A stretch of 38,866 nt of DNA from a virus. The translations under genes were made by a program, and so were the position numbers. The stretch covers positions 1 through 38,866 of the IMG/VR virus record IMGVR_UViG_3300011158_000001. One strand, 5' to 3'. Within the stretch, counting starts at the first letter, position 1; every line of letters begins with the position of its first letter. Positions 33,661 through 38,866 of this stretch are shown one piece after another. Below the pieces are notes generated by a model that had not been told where the DNA came from, did not search any database, and saw only the letters and a list, made by a program, of their open reading frames with translations.

Positions 33661-33681
33661 TTGTAAATCCTCTCCTTACAA
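33661..33681. promoter_or_regulatory. Late-promoter dyad TTGTA-N11-TACAA upstream of FI
   Basis: ttgtaaatcctctccttacaa, 75 nt before the FI start codon. Confidence 0.5.
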
Positions 33682-33708
33682 CCCGCGCCTGATGAACCCG
33701 GCGCGGGT
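33681..33708 (+). terminator. GC-rich hairpin between the accessory cassette and FI
   Basis: acccgcgcc / ggcgcgggt 9-bp stem followed by ttt. It lies between the dyad and the expected FI transcription start. Confidence 0.4.
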
Positions 33709-33755
33709 TTCCCTCAGCCTTGCCGGTGTCATTCACCTGCGCAGGCACATCTCCA

Positions 33756-34922
33756 ATGGCCGACTACTTACACGGCGTCCGTGTCCAAGAAATCAACGAG
33801 GGCACGCGCTTCATCTCCACTGTTTCAACCGCAATTGTCGGAATGGTCTGCACCGCAGACGATGCCGATGCTGCTGCTTTTCCCCTGAATACTCCTGTCC
33901 TAGTCACCAATGTCCAGACCGCCGCCGGCAAGGCTGGCACCAAGGGCACCATGGCCGAGGCTCTACAGGCCATCGCCGACCAGTCCAAGCCCGTCACCGT
34001 CCTGGTCCGCGTCCCCGAAGGCGCAACCGAAGCCGAGACCGTCTCCAACATCATCGGCGGATCCGCGAACGGCAAGTACACCGGCATGAAAGCCCTGCTG
34101 TCTGCCAAAGCTCAACTGGGCATTACGCCACGCATTCTGGGCGTACCCGGTCTGGATACCCAGGCTGTCACCGCTGCCATGGTCAGCATTGCCCAGAAGC
34201 TGCGCGCCTTTGTCTACGCGAGCGCCTGGAATTGCGAAACCATGGAAGAAGCGGTGGCCTACCGTAACCAGTTCGGTGCGCGAGAGCTGATGCTGCTCTG
34301 GCCTGACTTCCTGGCCTGGAGCACCTCGGCTAACGCCACTACTACTGCAAACGCCACAGCCCGCGCCCTGGGCCTGCGTGCGCAACTGGACAAGGAGGTT
34401 GGCTGGCACAAGACTCTGTCCAACGCCCCGGTCAACGGCGTCACCGGAATCAGCAAGGATGTGTTCTTCGACCTGCAGGATCCCTCGACCGATAGCAACT
34501 ACCTCAACAGCCACGAGGTCACCACGCTGATCAACCAGAGCGGCTATCGCTTCTGGGGTTCGCGCACCACCACAGACGACTCGCTGTTCGCCTTCGAGAA
34601 CTACACCCGCACCGCCCAGGTGCTCATGGACACCATGGCCGAGGCGCATTTCACCTTTGTCGACAAGCCCCTGCACCCGAGCCTGGCCCGCGACATCATC
34701 GAGGGTATCAACGCCAAGCTGCGCGACCTGACCGCCCAGGGCTACCTGCTCGGCGGCGAGTGCTGGTACGACGAAGAGGTAAATACCAAGGACACCCTCA
34801 AGGCTGGCCAGCTGCGTCTGGACTACGACTACACCCCAGTCCCGCCCCTGGAAGACCTAACCCTGCGGCAGCGCATCACCGACTCGTACCTGACGAGTTT
34901 TGCCGACCGCGTGAATTCCTAA
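33756..34922 (+). CDS. FI: Tail sheath protein FI
   Basis: MADYLHGVRVQEINEGTRFISTVSTAIVGMVCTADDADA..FPLN.PVL.TNVQ is near-colinear with remembered P2 FI. Start reset from 33720 to 33756. Confidence 0.95.
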   Translation: MADYLHGVRVQEINEGTRFISTVSTAIVGMVCTADDADAAAFPLNTPVLVTNVQTAAGKAGTKGTMAEALQAIADQSKPVTVLVRVPEGATEAETVSNIIGGSANGKYTGMKALLSAKAQLGITPRILGVPGLDTQAVTAAMVSIAQKLRAFVYASAWNCETMEEAVAYRNQFGARELMLLWPDFLAWSTSANATTTANATARALGLRAQLDKEVGWHKTLSNAPVNGVTGISKDVFFDLQDPSTDSNYLNSHEVTTLINQSGYRFWGSRTTTDDSLFAFENYTRTAQVLMDTMAEAHFTFVDKPLHPSLARDIIEGINAKLRDLTAQGYLLGGECWYDEEVNTKDTLKAGQLRLDYDYTPVPPLEDLTLRQRITDSYLTSFADRVNS

Positions 34923-34970
34923 CCCTTTTGCATAAGCGCGCTGAAAGGCGCGCTCAGGAGAGCTGCCGCT

Positions 34971-35486
34971 ATGGCCCTGCCCCGCAAACTGAAAAACATG
35001 AACCTCTTTAACGAGGGCTACAACTACCTCGGCGAAGCCAAGAGCGTCACCCTGCCCTCGCTTGGCCGCAAGATGGAAAGCTACCGAGGCGGCGGCATGA
35101 ACGGCCCCGTCAAGGTCGACTTTGGCATGAGCGACGATGGCATCCAGCTTGAGTGGACACTGGGTGGCCTGGACGTCACCGTGCTCAAGCAGTTCGGCAT
35201 GACCAATGCCAGCGGTGTGATGCTTCGCTTTGCCGGCTCCTATCAGCAGGACGATACCGCTACCGACACGTCCGTTGATATCGTGGTTCGCGGCCGTCAC
35301 GAAACCATCGAGATGGGCGACGCGGCCCCAGGTGAAGACACCGAGCACAAGATCACCACCACCTGCACCTACTACAAGCTCACCGTCGACGGTGAGGTCG
35401 TGATCGAGATCGATCTACTCAATTTCATCGAGAAGGTTGGCGGCGTTGATCGTCTTGAAGGCCAGCGCAAAGCGCTGGGCATGTAA
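34971..35486 (+). CDS. FII: Tail tube protein FII
   Basis: MALPRKLKNMNLFNEGYNYLGE..., 171 aa, P2 FII-like. Confidence 0.95.
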   Translation: MALPRKLKNMNLFNEGYNYLGEAKSVTLPSLGRKMESYRGGGMNGPVKVDFGMSDDGIQLEWTLGGLDVTVLKQFGMTNASGVMLRFAGSYQQDDTATDTSVDIVVRGRHETIEMGDAAPGEDTEHKITTTCTYYKLTVDGEVVIEIDLLNFIEKVGGVDRLEGQRKALGM

Positions 35487-35498
35487 GCCCATTTTTCG

Positions 35499-35516
35499 AT
35501 TTAGAAATTTCTAAAT
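35499..35516. repeat. Perfect 18-bp A/T palindrome between FII and E
   Basis: atttagaaatttctaaat, followed by the hairpin gtgcccg-tttcgg-cgggcac (about 35524..35543). Confidence 0.7.
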
Positions 35517-35564
35517 TCCAAATGTGCCCGTTTCGGCGGGCACTCTGATAAGGAGCGTTTTCCC

Positions 35565-35903
35565 ATGACTACCCCAGCCCAAGAGCAGGCCGTTACCGCT
35601 GAAGTCAAAACCACCCCGCACACTATTGTCCTGGACGAGCCCATCAAGCGCGGCGAGCAGGTCATTGACCAGATCACACTACGCAAACCCAAGGCCGGCG
35701 AGCTGCGCGGCATTGCCCTGTCCGATCTGCTCAAGTTGGATGTACTGGCCGTAATGAAGGTCCTGCCGCGTATCAGCCTGCCCAGCATTAGCGAAGCCGA
35801 GGCCCGCTCCATGGATCCGGCCGATCTGGTCCAGGTGGGGGTACAGATCTCCGATTTTTTGCTGCAGAGGTCGCTGAAGGTGGAGCTCTCCCCCGACGCG
35901 TAG
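35565..35903 (+). CDS. E: Tail assembly chaperone gpE
   Basis: ..LDEPIKRGEQVIDQITLRKPKAGELRGI.. parallels P2 gpE. Confidence 0.85.
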   Translation: MTTPAQEQAVTAEVKTTPHTIVLDEPIKRGEQVIDQITLRKPKAGELRGIALSDLLKLDVLAVMKVLPRISLPSISEAEARSMDPADLVQVGVQISDFLLQRSLKVELSPDA

Positions 35904-36034
35904 AGGATGCGATGGCGGATCTCGCCATCACCTTTCACTGGCCACCGGCCCAGCTGGATGAGCTGGGCCTGGCCGAACTGATGGAATGGCGTGAACGCGC
36001 CCGGCAACGAGTGAGCCCCGATGGCAGCCAATAG
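35565..36034 (+). CDS. gpE+E' fusion made by a programmed -1 frameshift
   Basis: Slippery T TTT TTG at 35855..35861 lies in the gpE frame. The -1 frame continues ..FFAAEVAEGGALPRRVEDAMADLAITFHWPPAQLDELGLAELMEWRERARQRVSPDGSQ* and ends at 36034, overlapping the T start. Confidence 0.75.
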
Positions 36035-38747
36035 CCTACAGATCCGAGTGCTGCTATCGGCACTCGACAAAGTGACCGCCCCGCTTAAACGCATCATGGC
36101 CGGCAGCAACAGCACGGCCAGGGCGCTCAAGGCTGCCCGCGACCAAGTCAAGGCGCTGAATGCGCAGCAGTCTGATATCTCAAGTTATACCCGGCAGCAT
36201 GACGCCGTCCGGCAAACCGGCGAGGAGCTTGCCCGCGCACAGCAACGGCTCAGGCAGTACCAGGAGCAACTCAAGGCTATGGACGCCCCGTCTGCAGCCT
36301 TTCAAAAGACCTTTATCAATGCCAGCGCGGCGGTGGATCGGCTCAAGACCAAACACGGCGAGCAACGCGCCGAGCTGCAGCGGCTGATTCCCAAACTACG
36401 CGAAGCCGGGATCGATACCCGTAACCTTGCCGAGAGTGAAAAGCAGCTCAAGACGCGCATCGATGCCGCCAACGAAGCCTATAAAACGCAAAAGGAACGC
36501 CTGGCTGCCGTAGCGGCCAAGCAGGAAAAGCTGGCCAGGGTAAAGGCCAGCTACTCCAAAGGCCAGGAGCTTGCCGGTAGCGCGGCCATGCTGGGAGCCA
36601 GTTCTGCGGCTACAGGAGCTGCGCTCGGTGGCCCCATCGTGGGCATCGTCAAGAACTACTCAAGCTTTGAAGATGCCATGCTCGGTGTCGCCAAGCAGGT
36701 TGAGGGCGCACGCGACGACAACGGCCAGCTCACCAGTACCTATTACGAGATGGGTGAGGCTATCAAAAAGATGTCCGAGACCATCCCCATGGCCTCGACC
36801 GAGATTGCAGCCCTGGTTGAAGGCGGCGCTCGGATGGGCGTCCAGGGTAAGGACAACCTGCTCGAATTCGCACGCGTAGCGGCCAACGCGGCTACGGCCT
36901 TCGAGCTGCCGGCGGATGAGATCGGTGAGAACCTGGCCCGCATTGCAGACCTCTTCAAGGTGCCGATCAAGAACGTCAGCCAGCTGGGCGATGTGATCAA
37001 CTACCTGGACGACAACGCCAAGTCCAAAGGCGCAGACATTATCGATGTCATGCAGCGCGTAGCCGGTGTCGCCGCTTCGGTAAACATGAGCTACAAGGAC
37101 GCCGCTGCGCTCGGCAGTACCTTCCTAACGTTGGGATCTTCGGCCGAGGTTGCTGGTACAGCCACTAACGCCATGATCCGTGAACTGGCCATTGCCAATG
37201 AGCAGCCCAAGCGATTCCAGGCAGGCCTCAAGGCCCTGGGCATGGAGTCCAAGAAGGTTCAGAGCGGCATGGCCAAGGATGCCACCGGGACCATTCTCAA
37301 AGTGCTCGATGCGCTCAAGAAACTACCGCAGGAGCAGCAGCTGACGGTTGCGACTCAACTGTTCGGCAAGGAATACGGCGACGATGCCTCGAAGCTGGCC
37401 AACAACCTGGAAGAGTACCGCCGGCAGCTGGAATTGGTGAAAAGCACCAAGGGCAACGGCTCGATGCAGCGCGAGAGTGATATTCGCGGAGATGCGCTGT
37501 CGGCTCGGGCGCAGATGTCCCAAAACCGCCTGTTCAACCTGTCGGCTGACCTCGGAAAAACGCTGCGCCCTGCCCTGATCGATATCATGGACAAGCTCAA
37601 CGGTGTCCTGGAAAAGGTGACGGCCTGGGCCAAGGCTAACCCTGAGTTGGTCACGACTGTCCTGAAGGTCACCGCCGGCATTGCGGCTGCCTCCACGGCC
37701 TTTGGTGTACTGGCCCTGGGACTTGCTGGAGTCATGGGGCCGGGCCTTGCCATTCGCTTCCTGTTTGCTCAGATAGGCGTGCGGATTCCCAGCCTGATTG
37801 GGCTCCTGACGAGTCTAGCCAAGAATGCCCTACCCATGGTGGCAACCGGGATTCGCATAATCGCGGCGGCGGCAGTAGCCAACCCTGTCGGCCTGCTCAT
37901 TACCGCATTGGTGGCTGGAGCCATGCTTTTGCTGGGGTATTGGAAACCTGTAAAGGCCTTTTTCACTGGCTTCTGGCAGGGCTTCACGGAAGGGCTTGCT
38001 CCACTGCAGCCCATGATTGCAGGTATCGGCGCGGCCCTGGCCCCGCTCAAACCTATCTGGGACGGCATCTCGACTGCCATGGGAGCGGCTTGGAACTGGA
38101 TCAGTCAACTGGCCCAGCCTTTCCAGGCTACGGCAACCCAGATTGAAGGGGCCACGCAGACTGGACGTGTGTTCGGTCAATGGCTGGCCGGCCTGGTCAA
38201 CCTACTGGCTGGCCTGCCTGGTCAATTCGCTGCGTTAGGCGGCATGCTGATTGATGGCTTGGTCAATGGCATCACCAACAACCTGAGCAAGGCAAAGGAC
38301 GCCATCATGGGAGCCGGCGGTGCGGTAATCGACTGGTTCAAGGAAAAGCTCGACATCCACTCGCCTAGCCGTGTCTTTTCTGAACTGGGCGGTTTCACCA
38401 TGGCAGGCCTTGCCGTTGGACTGGCGAGAAATGAGGACGGCCCGCTCTCCCAGATGGCTGACACGGCCAAACGGCTGACGGCGGCCGGCGCGGTTGCGCT
38501 AGGGGTAGGCGCTACCGCCCTACCGGCCATGGCAAACACACAAGCTGGCATTACGTTTGATGATCGCCCTCCGGCTACGGTGTCCGCTGCGCCCAGCATG
38601 GTCAGCCAGGATACCTACCAGATTCATATCCATGCAGCACCTGGCATGGATCCGCAGGCTATTGCCAAAGCGGTACGCGCTGAGCTGGCCAGGATTAATT
38701 CGGAAAAATCGGCACGTGGCCGCAGCAGCCTACGAGACCAGGAGTAA
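36021..38747 (+). CDS. T: Tail tape measure protein gpT
   Basis: 908 aa. Coiled-coil N-terminus, hydrophobic central segments, located after E/E'. Confidence 0.9.
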   Translation: MAANSLQIRVLLSALDKVTAPLKRIMAGSNSTARALKAARDQVKALNAQQSDISSYTRQHDAVRQTGEELARAQQRLRQYQEQLKAMDAPSAAFQKTFINASAAVDRLKTKHGEQRAELQRLIPKLREAGIDTRNLAESEKQLKTRIDAANEAYKTQKERLAAVAAKQEKLARVKASYSKGQELAGSAAMLGASSAATGAALGGPIVGIVKNYSSFEDAMLGVAKQVEGARDDNGQLTSTYYEMGEAIKKMSETIPMASTEIAALVEGGARMGVQGKDNLLEFARVAANAATAFELPADEIGENLARIADLFKVPIKNVSQLGDVINYLDDNAKSKGADIIDVMQRVAGVAASVNMSYKDAAALGSTFLTLGSSAEVAGTATNAMIRELAIANEQPKRFQAGLKALGMESKKVQSGMAKDATGTILKVLDALKKLPQEQQLTVATQLFGKEYGDDASKLANNLEEYRRQLELVKSTKGNGSMQRESDIRGDALSARAQMSQNRLFNLSADLGKTLRPALIDIMDKLNGVLEKVTAWAKANPELVTTVLKVTAGIAAASTAFGVLALGLAGVMGPGLAIRFLFAQIGVRIPSLIGLLTSLAKNALPMVATGIRIIAAAAVANPVGLLITALVAGAMLLLGYWKPVKAFFTGFWQGFTEGLAPLQPMIAGIGAALAPLKPIWDGISTAMGAAWNWISQLAQPFQATATQIEGATQTGRVFGQWLAGLVNLLAGLPGQFAALGGMLIDGLVNGITNNLSKAKDAIMGAGGAVIDWFKEKLDIHSPSRVFSELGGFTMAGLAVGLARNEDGPLSQMADTAKRLTAAGAVALGVGATALPAMANTQAGITFDDRPPATVSAAPSMVSQDTYQIHIHAAPGMDPQAIAKAVRAELARINSEKSARGRSSLRDQE

Positions 38748-38753
38748 TCCACC

Positions 38754-38866
38754 ATGATGATGGCCCTAGGACGTTTTATCTTTAGCCTCTCCACCCTGGC
38801 CTACCAGGAGCTGCAACGGCAAACCGAGTACCGGCACGCGAGCAGCTCGCGTGTGGGGGCGCCGCC
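38754..38866 (+). CDS. U: Tail protein gpU, 5' portion (continues at position 1)
   Basis: MMMALGRFIFSLSTLAYQELQRQTEYRHASSSRVG.. parallels the P2 gpU N-terminus (MMLALGMFVF...). Confidence 0.9.
   Translation, partial: MMMALGRFIFSLSTLAYQELQRQTEYRHASSSRVGAP

Overview
The first 99 nt (1..99) are identical to the last 99 nt (38768..38866). The window is therefore one complete element of about 38.77 kb, either circular or terminally redundant, and the gpU gene runs across the junction.

The backbone is a P2-like (Peduovirinae-type) myovirus, roughly 58-60% GC by eye. It has the canonical gene order: portal Q and terminase P on the minus strand, then O-N-M-L-X, holin, endolysin, spanins, R-S, V-W-J-I-H plus a fibre accessory gene, FI-FII-E/E'-T-U-D. 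The early region carries a CI-like repressor, a Cro/Ner-like protein, a CII-like protein and Ogr.

In place of the P2 integrase and gpA/gpB replication genes there is a plasmid maintenance block:
- an IncFII-RepA-like protein;
- about 980 bp of ORF-poor, GC-rich repeat DNA;
- a type Ib parA plus small RHH gene, flanked on both sides by AT-rich repeats;
- a seven-iteron oriV with a perfect DnaA box and a Rep_3 initiator.

I see no tyrosine or large serine integrase and no protelomerase. My reading is a P2-like phage-plasmid.

Visibly AT-rich accessory islands sit at the classical P2 cargo positions:
- Between the replicon and the portal: a retron-type reverse transcriptase fused to a trypsin-like protease, a small serine recombinase with a 10-mer repeat array, a possible HEPN-like protein, an orphan HigA-like gene, toxin-antitoxin (TA) gene fragments, a TIR/SEFIR-domain protein, hicAB and dam.
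- Between the fibre genes and FI (the Z/fun position): a membrane-protein cassette.
- Between S and V: a 3-TM protein plus a polyproline micro-ORF.
- After D: a cassette flanked by a duplicated gpD 3' end.

A dyad TTGTA-N11-TACAA precedes three late operons. All homology calls rest on motifs and remembered family or P2 protein sequences. No database search was possible.
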